A stretch of 64,000 bases of DNA from assembly GCA_022801925.1 (NCBI GenBank), contig JAAWTG010000003.1, forward strand, positions 20,611 through 84,610. The letters are read 5' to 3'. The position numbers and the translations under genes are program-made. How positions within the stretch are numbered: the stretch's first letter is position 1; each line of letters begins with the position of its first letter. The notes below the pieces were generated by a model. That model ran no database searches, had not been told where the DNA came from, and worked only from the letters and a program-made list of their open reading frames with translations. Below are positions 8,859-20,678 of the stretch, in pieces. This DNA is from Clostridia bacterium. Its GTDB lineage: Bacteria; Bacillota; Clostridia; RUG12999.

Positions 8859-10679
8859 TTATTTTTTGTTGCGCTGACGTGCGCGTTCATCGTTGTTCAA
8901 AATGCTTTTCCGCAAACGAATGCTGGCAGGGGTAATTTCCACCAATTCATCGTCTGCGATAAATTCCAGACAGTTTTCCAAACTCATAATAGTGTGCGGC
9001 GTCAGACGCAGCGCTTCATCACTGCCGGAAGCACGCATGTTGGAAACCTGTTTCTTTTTACAGACGTTGACTACCAAATCATCTGATTTTGCGTTTTCGC
9101 CCACAATCATACCCTGATAGACTTTCTCGCCGGGACCGATAAACAAACGTCCGCGCCCCTGCGCATTATACAGTCCGTAGGTGATGGATTCTCCGTCCTC
9201 AAAAGCAATCAAAGAGCCGTGGCTGCGCGTTTCAATATCACCTTTGAAAGGCTCAAAACCGTCCAGAATGGAGTTCATAATACCGTTTCCTTTGGTATCG
9301 GTCAAAAATTCGCTGCGGTATCCAATCAGTCCGCGGGAAGGAATGCGAAATTCCATGCGTGTGTAGCCGCCGACCGGTGCGTGCATGTTCACCATTTCCG
9401 CTTTGCGCGTGCCCAGTTTTTCCATGACAGGACCGACAAATTCTTCCGGCACGTCAATAATCAATTGTTCTACTGGCTCCAGTTTTTGTCCGTCCACATC
9501 TTTAAAAATGACCTGCGGTTTGGACACCTGAAATTCATAGCCGCCGCGGCGCATGGTTTCAATTAAAATGGATAAATGCAGTTCGCCGCGTCCTGAGACT
9601 TTGAAACAGTCGGCGCTGTCTGTTTCCTCCACGCGCAAACTGACGTTGGTTTCCAGTTCCTTCATCAACCGGTCGCGCAAATGGCGGGACGTGACAAATT
9701 TTCCTTCTTTTCCGGCAAAAGGACTGTTATTCACCAAAAAGTTCATGGAAATGGTCGGCTCGTCCACCTCAATCACCGGCAGGGGATCGATTTGGTCTAA
9801 CGCGCAAATGGTTTCACCAATTTGAATGTCGCCCAAACCGGAAATACATACAATATCGCCCACGCTGGCGGTTTCCGTTTCAATTCGCTTTAACCCTTCA
9901 TAAATATAGACTTTGTTGGATTTCACAGGTATGTTCGTGCCGTCCTTTTTGCAAAGGGACAATGTTTCGCCTGCATGGAGTGTTCCGCGTGCGATACGTC
10001 CCAGCGCAATCCGTCCGACATATTCATCATAGTCAATGTTGGAAATCAGCATTTGCAGCGGTGCATCCTGCTGTCCCTGCGGATAGGGAACTTTGTCAAT
10101 AATCATTTCAAACAGCGGCTGCAAATCATCATTTGGCTTGTCCAGACGTTCCATGGCAAATCCTTCGCGGGAGGAAGCATAAACAACGGGAAAATCCAGT
10201 TGTTCTTCGCTTGCGCCAAGGTCAATAAATAAATCCAGAACTTCGTCCAAAACTTCTGTGGGACGTCCGTCGCTGCGGTCAATTTTATTGACAACCACAA
10301 TGGGTTTTAAATCCAGTTCCAACGCTTTTTTCAGCACAAAACGCGTCTGCGGCATAGCGCCTTCAAAACTGTCTACCAGCAGCAATACGCCGTCCACCAT
10401 GCGCAGCACGCGTTCCACCTCGCCGCCGAAATCTGCGTGTCCGGGCGTATCCACAATATTAATGCGGTAACCATCGTGCATGACAGCGGTTGTTTTGGAT
10501 AAAATGGTAATGCCGCGTTCCTTTTCCAAATCATTGGAATCCATCACACGTTCCGCCACCTGTTGATTGACGCGGAAAATACCGCTCTGCCGCAGCATGG
10601 CGTCCACCAAAGTGGTTTTACCATGGTCAACATGGGCGATAATGGCAATGTTACGAATTTTCTCCTGTGTATAGTTCAT
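8859..10679 (-). CDS. typA: Translational GTPase TypA/BipA
   Basis: [16 protein letters not shown]1 motif and EF-G-like architecture over 606 aa. Confidence 0.95.
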   Translation of the reverse strand: MNYTQEKIRNIAIIAHVDHGKTTLVDAMLRQSGIFRVNQQVAERVMDSNDLEKERGITILSKTTAVMHDGYRINIVDTPGHADFGGEVERVLRMVDGVLLLVDSFEGAMPQTRFVLKKALELDLKPIVVVNKIDRSDGRPTEVLDEVLDLFIDLGASEEQLDFPVVYASSREGFAMERLDKPNDDLQPLFEMIIDKVPYPQGQQDAPLQMLISNIDYDEYVGRIALGRIARGTLHAGETLSLCKKDGTNIPVKSNKVYIYEGLKRIETETASVGDIVCISGLGDIQIGETICALDQIDPLPVIEVDEPTISMNFLVNNSPFAGKEGKFVTSRHLRDRLMKELETNVSLRVEETDSADCFKVSGRGELHLSILIETMRRGGYEFQVSKPQVIFKDVDGQKLEPVEQLIIDVPEEFVGPVMEKLGTRKAEMVNMHAPVGGYTRMEFRIPSRGLIGYRSEFLTDTKGNGIMNSILDGFEPFKGDIETRSHGSLIAFEDGESITYGLYNAQGRGRLFIGPGEKVYQGMIVGENAKSDDLVVNVCKKKQVSNMRASGSDEALRLTPHTIMSLENCLEFIADDELVEITPASIRLRKSILNNDERARQRNKK

Positions 10680-10901
10680 AGGTTCTCCTCCTAATGGTTT
10701 TCCTGCGCTTGTATTATGGTCGGATAGTGCAGAAAGAAATGTTTCCGGTTATATCGTTTCTCAAAAACAGCAGCCGTGCAATATATCAAACTGCCGGCTA
10801 CGGTTTCTGCTAAGAATTTGACAAAATAACTCAATTTAACATTTTACTATTTATTGAGAGAGATGTCAAGCGACAAAAATACCAAAATATCGAATTTCTA
10901 C

Positions 10902-10930
10902 TTGACCTGAACACATTATTGTATTAAAAT
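10902..10930 (+). promoter_or_regulatory. Candidate sigma-A promoter (TTGACC-17-TAAAAT) for nrdR
   Basis: Hexamers and spacing read in sequence about 35 nt upstream of the nrdR TTG start. Confidence 0.4.
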
Positions 10931-10964
10931 TAGAATAGTATATCAAAATAGGGAGGGGATCCGA

Positions 10965-11414
10965 TTGCGCTGTCCATATTGTGACTATCAGGAGAGCAAG
11001 GTGATTGATTCCAGACCGACGGAAGAAGGAAATGCGATTCGCCGCCGGCGGGAATGTATGAAATGCGAAAAACGTTTTACAACATATGAAAAAATCGAAA
11101 CCATCCCTGTGATGGTAGTGAAAAAAGACAGTAGCCGCGAACCGTTCAGCAGGACGAAGGTGATGAACGGCATTCTGCGTTCCTGTGAGAAACGCCCTGT
11201 TGCGGTGGACGACATTGAAATGGTAGTGAACGATATTGAAACCAAAATCCTGAATTCACTGGAGCGGGAGGTCACAACAGAAACCATCGGCGAACTGGTT
11301 ATGAACCACCTCAAAGAACTCGATGGCGTGGCATATGTACGGTTTGCGTCGGTATACCGTGAATTTAAAGACATCAACACATTCATGGACGAACTCCATA
11401 AACTATTGAAATAG
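10965..11414 (+). CDS. nrdR: Transcriptional repressor NrdR
   Basis: MRCPYC...C..C zinc ribbon plus ATP-cone. TTG start preceded by GGGAGGGG. Confidence 0.9.
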   Translation: MRCPYCDYQESKVIDSRPTEEGNAIRRRRECMKCEKRFTTYEKIETIPVMVVKKDSSREPFSRTKVMNGILRSCEKRPVAVDDIEMVVNDIETKILNSLEREVTTETIGELVMNHLKELDGVAYVRFASVYREFKDINTFMDELHKLLK

Positions 11415-11423
11415 GGGATTTGT

Positions 11424-12263
11424 TTGAAGGAAAGATATATTGATTTGCATATGCATTCCACTGTTTCGGACGGCACGTATACGCCGCAGGAATTGGTACA
11501 AATGGCGCTTGGACGCAATTTGAGCGCTATTGCGTTGACTGACCATGACAGCGCCGAGGGCGTGCGTGTGGCGCAGCAGGCAGCGGACGGTACCGGTCTT
11601 GAAGTGGTGCCGGGCGTGGAACTCAGCACTTACGACGGGCAGGAAATGCATATTTTAGGCTATTTTATTCAACCTGAAAATGCTGCGCTGAAGCAGTATT
11701 TGGAGAGCATGGCGCACAGCCGCTTGGAACGTGTGCAAGCCATGGTGCGAAAATTGTCCGGAAATGGATTTTCCATTTCCTGGGAGGAAGTGCGCCGACG
11801 TGCGCAGCACATGGTTAGTCGTGTGCATATTGCACAAAGTTTGGTGGAAAAAGGATATGCCGCTTCTGTGGGAGAAGCGTTTGACTGTTTGATTGGCGAG
11901 GGGAAACCCTATTTTGTACGGCGGCAGCAGATAAAGCCGCAGGAAGCAATTCAGGCAATCCATGAGGCAGGAGGGCTTGCAGTTTTGGCGCACCCCTATT
12001 TTCTGCACTGTGATGCAGCGCTGGAGGAGCGGCTGCGCCGGTTGCCGGAACTGGACGGAATAGAATGCCACTATCCGCGCCATACGCAGGAGCAGTGCGA
12101 AGAATATCAAAGGCTTGCAAGGAAATTTAGACTGTTGGAAACCGGTGGAAGTGATTTTCATGGGGCGAACCGACCGGAGGCGGAAATGGGGATAGGCTGC
12201 TGCGGCAGAAAAATTCCCTATGAATATTTAGAAAAAATGAAGCAAAAGACCTCAAAAAGATGA
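11424..12263 (+). CDS. PHP-domain phosphoesterase (TrpH/YciV-like)
   Basis: DLHMHSTVSDG metal-binding motif typical of the PHP family. Confidence 0.8.
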   Translation: MKERYIDLHMHSTVSDGTYTPQELVQMALGRNLSAIALTDHDSAEGVRVAQQAADGTGLEVVPGVELSTYDGQEMHILGYFIQPENAALKQYLESMAHSRLERVQAMVRKLSGNGFSISWEEVRRRAQHMVSRVHIAQSLVEKGYAASVGEAFDCLIGEGKPYFVRRQQIKPQEAIQAIHEAGGLAVLAHPYFLHCDAALEERLRRLPELDGIECHYPRHTQEQCEEYQRLARKFRLLETGGSDFHGANRPEAEMGIGCCGRKIPYEYLEKMKQKTSKR

Positions 12264-12353
12264 TGAAGCAGAAACTACCTGCATACAATAAAGAAAGAGC
12301 GAAGAAATACCATAGCTTGTATGGGAACAAAGTTGCTGGAGGTAAAAACAAAT

Positions 12354-13154
12354 ATGAAACATTGGAAATATATAAGATATTGCTATTTTGTGGTGGCGCT
12401 GGTATTGATAGCGGCAACCATGGCAGTACCTGCTGCCGCGCCGCCGCAGGACGGAAACCTGCCTATCATATTATATCACAATATTACATATAATTACACC
12501 AGGGAAAATCATAAAATGCATGTGGATCCTGCCCGGCTGGAGGAACAACTGAAGGCAATCAAAGAGGCTGGATATAACACCATTTTTCTGGAAGATTATG
12601 TGAACTATTTGGAAGGGAAAGCAGTTCTGCCGGAAAAACCGCTTGTGATTACTTTTGACGATGGTTATACGAGCAATTATGAATATGCATTTCCGCTGCT
12701 GAAAAAATACGGCATGAAAGCGACTATTTTTGTAATTACCAGCCGGATGGGAACGCAGGAAACGCAATATCCGCATTTCACATGGGAACAGGCAAGGGAA
12801 ATGGAAAGCAGCGGAGTGATCCGCATTGAAAGCCATACCAATACGCACCCTGATATGTCCGCGCTTTCGCCGCAGGAGCAGGAGGCAGAAATCCGCCGCA
12901 GTAAATATCTGCTGGATACGAATTTGCACAAAAACTGCAAGATGTTGGCGTTCCCTTATGGCAGATATACGGAAGGCGCGATTGAACTTGCTAGGAAAGC
13001 AGGTTTTGAATTGTCTGTTTTGGTAGGCGACAGGGGCAGCAACAAAAAAGAAAACGGCGCGTATCATTTAAAACGGTTTACTGTCAGCGGACTGCAAACA
13101 GGACAGGAATTGGTAGACCACATTGAATATTTAAAACAACATCCGGACGAATGA
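12354..13154 (+). CDS. Polysaccharide deacetylase (NodB-homology domain) with an N-terminal TM anchor
   Basis: ITFDDGY and HTNTHPD motifs. Start chosen at MKHWKY, which has a GGAGGT RBS. Confidence 0.8.
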   Translation: MKHWKYIRYCYFVVALVLIAATMAVPAAAPPQDGNLPIILYHNITYNYTRENHKMHVDPARLEEQLKAIKEAGYNTIFLEDYVNYLEGKAVLPEKPLVITFDDGYTSNYEYAFPLLKKYGMKATIFVITSRMGTQETQYPHFTWEQAREMESSGVIRIESHTNTHPDMSALSPQEQEAEIRRSKYLLDTNLHKNCKMLAFPYGRYTEGAIELARKAGFELSVLVGDRGSNKKENGAYHLKRFTVSGLQTGQELVDHIEYLKQHPDE

Positions 13155-13172
13155 TAAATGGGAGCTATGCAA

Positions 13173-14723
13173 ATGTTAAAAAAAATCTTTAGCATCGGGT
13201 TGATTTGTGTTCTGTTCCTAACAGGATGCGATAATCTGGAGCAGATTGAGGAAAGTATTACAGAGACAAAAGAGGAAACAGCGCACAGCGGCGGCACGTT
13301 GAATTTATATGCTGTCCGTCCTGATACGCTAAATCCACTCACAACGAAATATGCCCCCAACCGGCAAATGCTGGAGTTGGTCTATGACCCGCTGATTCGT
13401 TTGGGGACGGACGGTGCGCCGGTTATGGTGCTGGCGGAATCCGCCAGTGTTTCGGACAGCGGGCGGCTGCATACCATTCGGCTGAAATCCGGTGTGAAAT
13501 GGCATGACGGGACGGCATTTTCAGCGGCAGACGTGGTCTATACGCTGCAATCTGTCATGAACGCGGCGGATAGTATCTATAAAGTGAGACTATCTAATGT
13601 GGCGGCAGTGAGCAAGACAGACGCCCAGACGGTACAAATCCGGCTGAACAATCCGAATGCTTCATTTGTGAATCTGTTGGAGATTCCGATTATTCCCCAG
13701 AATTGGCAGGAGGGGACTGTGACAGGAACCGGACGGTATGTTTGGAAAAATTATGACTATCTAAAAAGTATGACATTGGAAAAAAATGCGTCCTATCACG
13801 GTGCAAAACCATATATTGACGGCGTGCATGTAACTGTTTTACCGGACGAGCAGTCGGTATACAATGCCTTTATGGTGGACATGACGGATGTGGCAAGTGA
13901 GACCAGTCAAGAAGCTGCGAAATATAATACCAGCGGAAATATCAGTTATGAGCGGGTGGTGACGCAGCGGTATTCCTTCTTGGGAATCAATTGCACGAGG
14001 GAGCGGCTGAACAATGCCAATTTGCGGCGCGCTTTGATGAAATTGGTGAAACGGGACAAGCTGACAAATGATTTGTATGCGGATTTTGGAATTGCAACGA
14101 AATATCCGATGCATCCGCAATCGAAATATTACCGGCGGCAGGAGGGAGATACCCGCAGCGATGTAGAACAGGGGCTGGAGTTGCTGAATCAGGAGGGCTA
14201 TGAACTCAACAAAGACAGCAATTTACGCGCCAAAGGCGGAACGCCTCTTGCATTTGAACTGCTGGTGAATGCAAACAAGCTGTCCTGCCAGACGGAAGCG
14301 GATTATATTGCAGCGGGATTTGCAGAATATGGGATTCGGATTTCGCTGAAAATTGTGCCGCAGGAGGAATATCTGGGCTTGATTCAAACGGGCAATTTTG
14401 ATTTATATTTAGGCGAAATGAACCTTTTGCCGGACTATGAACTGTCTTTCCTACTGCGGACGGGCGGGGCGCAGAACTATGGGAAATTTTCCAGCAATGA
14501 GATGGACGCGGCACTGGACGCGGCAGCAGGCGCAAGTGTAGATTCGATTGCGGCAGCGTTTGGCTATGTGCAGGAAGTGTTTGAAGCACAGGCACCGCAT
14601 ATCCCATTGTTTTTTGAGTATAATCAGCTCATCTATGACAGCGCGAAATTGGGTGGTATTCGTGGGAATATCCAGCCGTCTCTGTTTGGTGCAGCGGAGA
14701 GTTGGTTTGTGAAACAGAAATAA
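13173..14723 (+). CDS. Family-5 (peptide/nickel-type) ABC substrate-binding lipoprotein, with no cognate permeases nearby
   Basis: Lipobox LTGCDN and SBP_bac_5-like length and composition. Confidence 0.75.
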   Translation: MLKKIFSIGLICVLFLTGCDNLEQIEESITETKEETAHSGGTLNLYAVRPDTLNPLTTKYAPNRQMLELVYDPLIRLGTDGAPVMVLAESASVSDSGRLHTIRLKSGVKWHDGTAFSAADVVYTLQSVMNAADSIYKVRLSNVAAVSKTDAQTVQIRLNNPNASFVNLLEIPIIPQNWQEGTVTGTGRYVWKNYDYLKSMTLEKNASYHGAKPYIDGVHVTVLPDEQSVYNAFMVDMTDVASETSQEAAKYNTSGNISYERVVTQRYSFLGINCTRERLNNANLRRALMKLVKRDKLTNDLYADFGIATKYPMHPQSKYYRRQEGDTRSDVEQGLELLNQEGYELNKDSNLRAKGGTPLAFELLVNANKLSCQTEADYIAAGFAEYGIRISLKIVPQEEYLGLIQTGNFDLYLGEMNLLPDYELSFLLRTGGAQNYGKFSSNEMDAALDAAAGASVDSIAAAFGYVQEVFEAQAPHIPLFFEYNQLIYDSAKLGGIRGNIQPSLFGAAESWFVKQK

Positions 14724-14758
14724 AAAAGGCGCGCTTTTTGCGCCGCCGGAGGAAATTT

Positions 14759-17113
14759 ATGCTACAAGAATTCAATCAGATAAAGCGGGAGTTGTTGGAA
14801 CAGGAGTTCTCCCGCATGAACAATAAACAACGCGAAGCGGTGTTCCATGCCGGAGGACCGCTGCTGATTTTAGCAGGCGCGGGAAGCGGCAAAACAACGA
14901 CTATTGTAAACCGTATCGCCTATCTCATTAAATACGGCAATGCCTATGCGGACTTTGACCGACTGCCGGACGGATTCAGCGAAGATGATTTGCTGCTGAT
15001 GAAGGTGGCGCGGCAGTGCGCGGACGGCGTGGGCGAAGACGTTTATCCGCTGGTGTGCAAAGACCCTGTGCCGGAATATCGGATTTTGGCGTTTACGTTT
15101 ACCAACAAAGCGGCAGGCGAAATGAAAGAGCGTATTATCAAAATGGTGGGGCAGAGCGCGGAATCCATGTGGATTGGAACGTTTCACTCCATGTGCCTGC
15201 GGATTTTGCGGCGCGATATTGAACGGTTGGGCTATAGTTCCAATTTTGGCATCTATGACACGGCAGACCAAAAAACGCTGGTGAAAGAATGCATGAACAG
15301 CCTGAATGTGAATCCCAAATTTTTGTCCGTATATGATGTGATGAACACCATCAGCCGTGCAAAAGACCAGCTTATGCCGCCTGATATCTTTGCGGAGCGG
15401 GCAAGCGACGAGCGGACAGCGACCATTGCGCGGATTTATGAAGTATATCAATCGCGGCTGCGGCAAAACAACGCGGTGGATTTTGACGACATCATTCGTT
15501 TGAGCGTGCAGTTGCTGAAAGAAAACCCTGATGTGCTGGAATATTATACCAACCGGTTTTTGCATGTCATTGTAGACGAATATCAGGATACCAACATGGC
15601 GCAGTATGAACTGATTTCCATGCTGGCAAGCGGTTATAAAAACCTTTGTGTGGTGGGCGACGACGACCAGTCTATTTATGGATGGCGCGGCGCGGACATC
15701 AAAAATATCATTGAATTTGAAAAAGAATATCAAAATTGTACTGTTATAAAACTGGAACAAAACTACCGCAGTACCCAGCGGATTTTAGATGTGGCGAACC
15801 ATGTGATAAAGAACAACACGGTGCGCAAACACAAGAAATTGTGGACAGAAAATCCTGAGGGCGATAAAATTCAATTTTTCTGCGGCGGCAGTGAAAAAGA
15901 AGAAGCGGACTATATCGCGGCAAGCGTGGAACAGGAAGTGCAGCAGAGTGCAAGTTATCGGGACATTGCAGTGTTGTATCGCACGCACGCACAGTCGCGC
16001 GCTATAGAAGAAGGGCTCATGAAAGCGGGCGTACCGTATAAAATTGTGAGTGGTACCAAGTTCTACGACCGTTTGGAAGTAAAAGATGTGCTGGCATATT
16101 TGAAAGCTATCGACAATCCCAGCGATTCTGTTGCAGTCAGCCGTATTTTGAATGTGCCCAAACGTGGTATCGGTAAAACGACGCTGGAGAAAATTGCAGC
16201 GCTTGCGGAAACGGAACACGTTTCTGTGCTGGAAATTATCCGGCGGGCGGGAGAGTTTGACGACCTTGCGCGCAGCCAGCAGAAACTGTTGGAATTTGCC
16301 GCGTTGATAGAGCGCTATAAACAGGAAAGCGGTCTGAAACCGGTTTCGCAGTTCATTACGGATATGGTGGACGACCTCCATTTGCATGAGCACTATGCCA
16401 AAGAAGGGGAAATTGAAGCCTTGACCCGTATGGAAAATATCGGGCAGTTGGTGGCAGTGGCAAAAGAGTTGGAGCAAAAAGAAGAAGAGTTCCATCTGGA
16501 AGAATTTTTGGCGCATATTTCACTGATTACCGGACTGGATACCGAAGATGAAGCGGAGGACGGCGTCACGCTGATGACCATGCACAGCGCGAAAGGATTG
16601 GAGTTTGACTATGTATTTGTGGTGGGGCTGGAAGAAGGACTGTTCCCCAAAATCCGCGAAGGAGACGGCGATGAGGAACTGGAAGAGGAACGGCGGCTGT
16701 GTTATGTATCCTTTACGCGGGCGCGCAAAAAATTATTCCTCACCTGCGCCAGAACGCGGCGTTCCTATAGCGGCTATCCCATGCGCACGATGACCTCGTC
16801 GTTTATCAGTGAACTTCCGACGGAGCTGCTGGAAGGGCTGGAGGATTTGTACCGCGTCCGGAAAGAACCGATTCCGCAGCAGGCAGAAAAAACAGATTTC
16901 AGAAAATACATACCGGGAAAACAGCAGAGTAGGCCGCACGCGAAGGTTTCCGCAGACGCTTTTGCGGAAGGCGGGCGGGTACGGCATAAGAAGTTCGGCA
17001 CAGGTACGATCGCGCAGGTACAGAAATCTGGAGATATGCTTGTGCTGACGGTGGATTTTGATTCGTTTGGGCGGAAGAATATTATTTCATCAGTGGTAAC
17101 GCCTGTTTCGTGA
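14759..17113 (+). CDS. pcrA: ATP-dependent DNA helicase PcrA (UvrD family)
   Basis: Walker A AGAGSGKTT, UvrD motifs, and the PcrA C-terminal KKFGTGTI...GDMLVLTVDF domain. Confidence 0.9.
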   Translation: MLQEFNQIKRELLEQEFSRMNNKQREAVFHAGGPLLILAGAGSGKTTTIVNRIAYLIKYGNAYADFDRLPDGFSEDDLLLMKVARQCADGVGEDVYPLVCKDPVPEYRILAFTFTNKAAGEMKERIIKMVGQSAESMWIGTFHSMCLRILRRDIERLGYSSNFGIYDTADQKTLVKECMNSLNVNPKFLSVYDVMNTISRAKDQLMPPDIFAERASDERTATIARIYEVYQSRLRQNNAVDFDDIIRLSVQLLKENPDVLEYYTNRFLHVIVDEYQDTNMAQYELISMLASGYKNLCVVGDDDQSIYGWRGADIKNIIEFEKEYQNCTVIKLEQNYRSTQRILDVANHVIKNNTVRKHKKLWTENPEGDKIQFFCGGSEKEEADYIAASVEQEVQQSASYRDIAVLYRTHAQSRAIEEGLMKAGVPYKIVSGTKFYDRLEVKDVLAYLKAIDNPSDSVAVSRILNVPKRGIGKTTLEKIAALAETEHVSVLEIIRRAGEFDDLARSQQKLLEFAALIERYKQESGLKPVSQFITDMVDDLHLHEHYAKEGEIEALTRMENIGQLVAVAKELEQKEEEFHLEEFLAHISLITGLDTEDEAEDGVTLMTMHSAKGLEFDYVFVVGLEEGLFPKIREGDGDEELEEERRLCYVSFTRARKKLFLTCARTRRSYSGYPMRTMTSSFISELPTELLEGLEDLYRVRKEPIPQQAEKTDFRKYIPGKQQSRPHAKVSADAFAEGGRVRHKKFGTGTIAQVQKSGDMLVLTVDFDSFGRKNIISSVVTPVS

Positions 17114-17142
17114 TGAAAAACGGGAGAAAAAGGAGATTAGAC

Positions 17143-18123
17143 GTGAAAGCGAAAGATATCATTTCCATTGTGGCAGTGGTTTTATGTATAGCGGCGGCAG
17201 TGTGGGTGCCGGCTTTGGGAACCTTGTTTACGCTCGCGGGCGCGGTGATTTGTGCGTTATTATATGTGCGGCGCGGGTGGTATCCTGTCATTTTGAGCGC
17301 TGTACTGGGTGCTACAGCGGCGTTTGCGCTGTCGCGCAGCGCTCTTGTGGGCATTGTGTTAATGCTTGGCGTTGTTGCGCCCGGCTGTGCGATGATGGCG
17401 GTATGGAAGAAGAATTTGGGAATGCGGGAGATTATCACCGCGGGGACATTGGGATTTCTACTGCAAACCATGCTGGAATTTATCATTATCCGAATTCAGT
17501 CGGGGGAAAACATTTTTTCGGAAATGCTTAGCAGTATGCAGAAAGAAGCAGACGCCATGCTGCCGCAGTTTCGGCAAATGCTGGAGACCTCCGGCGTGGC
17601 GAATGTGGAAGAAAGTATGCAGGCGCTCACACAAATGTATCACTATCTGATAGAGACGCTTGCGCAGCTTATTCCGGCGCTTTTATTGATTTGTTGCTGC
17701 GTGATGGCATATATTGTGCTTTGTATTTGCATGGCATTTTTGCGGCACGACGGACAGGATACCGACAGCATTACGCCGTTCACGCAGCTGCACGCCCCGC
17801 GCAGCGTGGCGTTGGCGTTGCTGATGATGTTTGCAATCAGCCTGTTTGCATCGGCGCAAGTGATTCGCGGCGCAGCGCTGAATATCACGGTAGTGCTGTT
17901 TGCCTATTTTACCGTCTGTGGCATTTCGCTGCTTTGTTTTTGGATGAAACGGATGTTTCCGCGGATACTATTGCGGACGCTGATTGCGGTTCCAATGGTG
18001 GCGGTAGCGATATCTATGATGATGCTGCCGATATTGAATCCTGTGCAGTTGTTTTTGCTGGCAGGAATCATCGATTCCGCCTTCTGTTTCCGGCGGCGGG
18101 CAGGGCGTAGCGATGTTATGTAA
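17143..18123 (+). CDS. YybS-like polytopic membrane protein (DUF2232) upstream of gdpP
   Basis: About 8 TM helices. Conserved position before gdpP-rplI-dnaB. GTG start has an AAAGGAG RBS. Confidence 0.6.
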   Translation: MKAKDIISIVAVVLCIAAAVWVPALGTLFTLAGAVICALLYVRRGWYPVILSAVLGATAAFALSRSALVGIVLMLGVVAPGCAMMAVWKKNLGMREIITAGTLGFLLQTMLEFIIIRIQSGENIFSEMLSSMQKEADAMLPQFRQMLETSGVANVEESMQALTQMYHYLIETLAQLIPALLLICCCVMAYIVLCICMAFLRHDGQDTDSITPFTQLHAPRSVALALLMMFAISLFASAQVIRGAALNITVVLFAYFTVCGISLLCFWMKRMFPRILLRTLIAVPMVAVAISMMMLPILNPVQLFLLAGIIDSAFCFRRRAGRSDVM

Positions 18124-18196
18124 CAGTCCGGTAAATAGAGTTGAGCCGCAAAAGTGTGGGTCAATGATAGGATTTTGAGAAAGGGGGAGAGCCACT

Positions 18197-20191
18197 TTGA
18201 AACGGAAGTCATATACGTCAATTACTGCTAATTATTCGTGGGTTTATTTGCTTGTTTTGTTTTTGTTTGCCTGTGTGCTGCTGGCTTTAAGGCAATTTGG
18301 ATTGGGCATTGCGGGCATTGCTATAGGCATTTTGTTGACGATTGTCACTGTTTTGGTGGAAACAAACCGAAAGAAAAACCTGTTTGAATATGTGCAGCAG
18401 TTATCGTTTCATGTGCATTCCATGTCAAGAGACTCTTTGTTGAAATTCCCCATGCCGCTGACGATTATTGACCAGAACGGCAGGATTATCTGGTATAACA
18501 AACAGTGTGCGGAGATTTTTGAAGACAACATTTTTGACCAGGATATCAATGAAGTGCTGGGAACAGATTTGGACATTGAACAATTTGTGAATCAGGTGAA
18601 ACTCTCAGCGCGTATAGAATATAAAAAGCGGTATTATAATCTCATGGCAAACGTTTCGGATGAAATGCCGGACAACACGACTGTGATTTTGTATTGGGTG
18701 GACGAGACGGAAGAAATTTTAATGAAACAAGAATATGAAAATTCCCGTCCGGTTATCTGTCAGCTAAGCATTGACAATTATGATGAAATCATGCAAAATA
18801 CAGATGAAATTCAACGTCCTATGTTTGCGGCAACCATCGAAAAAAAGATTCATGAATGGGTGGCAAAAAATAAAGGAATTATCCGTAAAATGCAGAGAGA
18901 TAAATATACGGTTATTATGGAAAAACGGTTTCTGGAAGAAAATGCGCGGGGGAAATTCCCGTTTTTAAATGAAATGCGCGACTTGCAGGAAGGCAATAAA
19001 ATGCCAATTACCATCAGTCTTGGAATTGGCGTTGGGGCGGACTTGCCGGACAACGACAGCTATGCAAACAGCGCCTTTGACATGGCGCTGGGACGCGGCG
19101 GCGACCAAGTGGTGATTAAAGATAGGAATAAATTCACGTATTTCGGCGGCAACAGTGCGGAACAGGAAACGCATACGCGTGTGAAAACGCGCGTCATGGC
19201 ATATGCGCTCAAACAACTGATTCAGCAAGCGGAAAAAGTGGTGCTGATGGGACACAAAAATGCGGATTTGGACGCAATTGGCGCGGCAATCGGGCTGTAT
19301 AGCAGCATACGGCATATGGATAAGCCTGTCTATATTGTAACGGAGACGCAAAATAAATCGACGCTCAAGCTGCTGGAGCGCGCCAACCGATATGAAGAAT
19401 TCCGCGGCGCCCTGATAGATTATGAAAAAGCCAAAGAAGTGGTAGATGATGATACGCTGCTGATTGTGGTAGATGTGTATCGTGCGTCCATCACAGAATG
19501 CCCGCAATTGCTGGAGGTGGCGGGAGATGTTGTGGTACTGGATCACCACAGAAAAAGTGCGGAATTTATTGAAGATACAACGCTGGTATACCATGAGCCG
19601 TTTACATCGTCTACTTGTGAAATGGTGACGGAACTGCTGCAATATATTGACGACGGCGCCCATATTGCGCCGATTGTAGCGGAAGCACTGTATGCAGGTA
19701 TCGTGATGGACACCAAAAACTTTGTGTTTAAGTCCGGCGTTCGTACCTTTGAAGCCGCGGCATACCTGCGGCGGCGCGGCGTGGATACGCTGCACATCAA
19801 ACAACTGTTTCAGGACGACCGGCAGGTCTATATTCAAAAGCTGGCGGTGGTCAAAGCGGCGTTTATGTACAGAGATGGAATTGCCATATCGCGCCTGAAA
19901 GAAAAAACGGAAGATACCACAATGGTGGCGGCAGTGGCGGCAGATGAAATGCTGGGCATGGAAGGCGTTGCCGCATCGTTTGTGTTATCCGAAGTGGAAG
20001 GCGGTATTCATATCAGCGGGCGTTCGCTCGGCGCGGTGAATGTGCAGGTGATTTTGGAGCGTATCGGCGGCGGCGGACATATCACGCTGGCGGCAGCGAA
20101 AATAAATGGAAACATGAAACAAGCGGAAGAAACGTTAAAACAAGCAATTGATGAATATTTTGACGATACAGCAGAGGAGGAAGAGGAATGA
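18197..20191 (+). CDS. gdpP: c-di-AMP phosphodiesterase GdpP (2 TM helices, PAS, degenerate GGDEF, DHH/DHHA1 domains)
   Basis: DHH motifs ([16 protein letters not shown]), GGGGH in DHHA1, and the conserved operon context. Confidence 0.85.
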   Translation: MKRKSYTSITANYSWVYLLVLFLFACVLLALRQFGLGIAGIAIGILLTIVTVLVETNRKKNLFEYVQQLSFHVHSMSRDSLLKFPMPLTIIDQNGRIIWYNKQCAEIFEDNIFDQDINEVLGTDLDIEQFVNQVKLSARIEYKKRYYNLMANVSDEMPDNTTVILYWVDETEEILMKQEYENSRPVICQLSIDNYDEIMQNTDEIQRPMFAATIEKKIHEWVAKNKGIIRKMQRDKYTVIMEKRFLEENARGKFPFLNEMRDLQEGNKMPITISLGIGVGADLPDNDSYANSAFDMALGRGGDQVVIKDRNKFTYFGGNSAEQETHTRVKTRVMAYALKQLIQQAEKVVLMGHKNADLDAIGAAIGLYSSIRHMDKPVYIVTETQNKSTLKLLERANRYEEFRGALIDYEKAKEVVDDDTLLIVVDVYRASITECPQLLEVAGDVVVLDHHRKSAEFIEDTTLVYHEPFTSSTCEMVTELLQYIDDGAHIAPIVAEALYAGIVMDTKNFVFKSGVRTFEAAAYLRRRGVDTLHIKQLFQDDRQVYIQKLAVVKAAFMYRDGIAISRLKEKTEDTTMVAAVAADEMLGMEGVAASFVLSEVEGGIHISGRSLGAVNVQVILERIGGGGHITLAAAKINGNMKQAEETLKQAIDEYFDDTAEEEEE

Positions 20192-20634
20192 AGGTCATTT
20201 TAACAAGCGATGTAAAAGGACAGGGAAAAAAAGGTGAAATGGTGAATGTTTCAGATGGATATGCCAGAAACTTTTTGTTTCCGAAAAAATTAGCAACGCC
20301 GGCTACTAAAACGGCAATCAATGAAATGAAAGGGCAGGAGGACGCAAAAGCCTATCATGAACAAAAACAGCTTGAGGCGGCGCAGGAACTTGCGGCAAAG
20401 CTGGAAGGAAAAACTGTGACGATTGAAGCAAAAGCAGGCGAAAATGGAAAACTGTTTGGGTCTATCACCAGCGCGGAGGTGGCGGAACAAGTGAAATTCC
20501 AACTTCATGTTGTGCTGGACAAGAAAAAATTGGTAATGGATACCATCAAACAGGCGGGCGAAACGGAAGTGAAAGCGAAAATCCATGCCGGCGTGACGGC
20601 AACGTTTAAAGTGGTCGTAGCGCCCGGCGCATGA
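20188..20634 (+). CDS. rplI: 50S ribosomal protein L9
   Basis: [32 protein letters not shown]. Confidence 0.95.
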   Translation: MKVILTSDVKGQGKKGEMVNVSDGYARNFLFPKKLATPATKTAINEMKGQEDAKAYHEQKQLEAAQELAAKLEGKTVTIEAKAGENGKLFGSITSAEVAEQVKFQLHVVLDKKKLVMDTIKQAGETEVKAKIHAGVTATFKVVVAPGA

Positions 20635-20678
20635 GGAAAGCCGAGAGTATGAACAGATTGAAAGTGAGGTGAGCGTTT

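Noticed and set aside
12260-12353. Longer N-terminal start (12321) for the deacetylase and the small ORF at 12260-12493
   Set aside because: The ATG at 12354 has a GGAGGT RBS and immediately precedes the TM anchor. The upstream codons lack an RBS.
14870-15760. 296-aa antisense ORF inside pcrA. Similar long antisense ORFs lie inside gdpP (18965-19837), ftsH (25209-25928), secA (28430-28903), the SPFH gene (35318-36379), the RR gene (2078-2680), tilS (22147-22965) and the lyase (62030-62656).
   Set aside because: Each is fully contained in a well-supported conserved gene on the opposite strand. Each has a low-complexity composition rich in Arg/Cys/His/Phe and no RBS. These are shadow ORFs.
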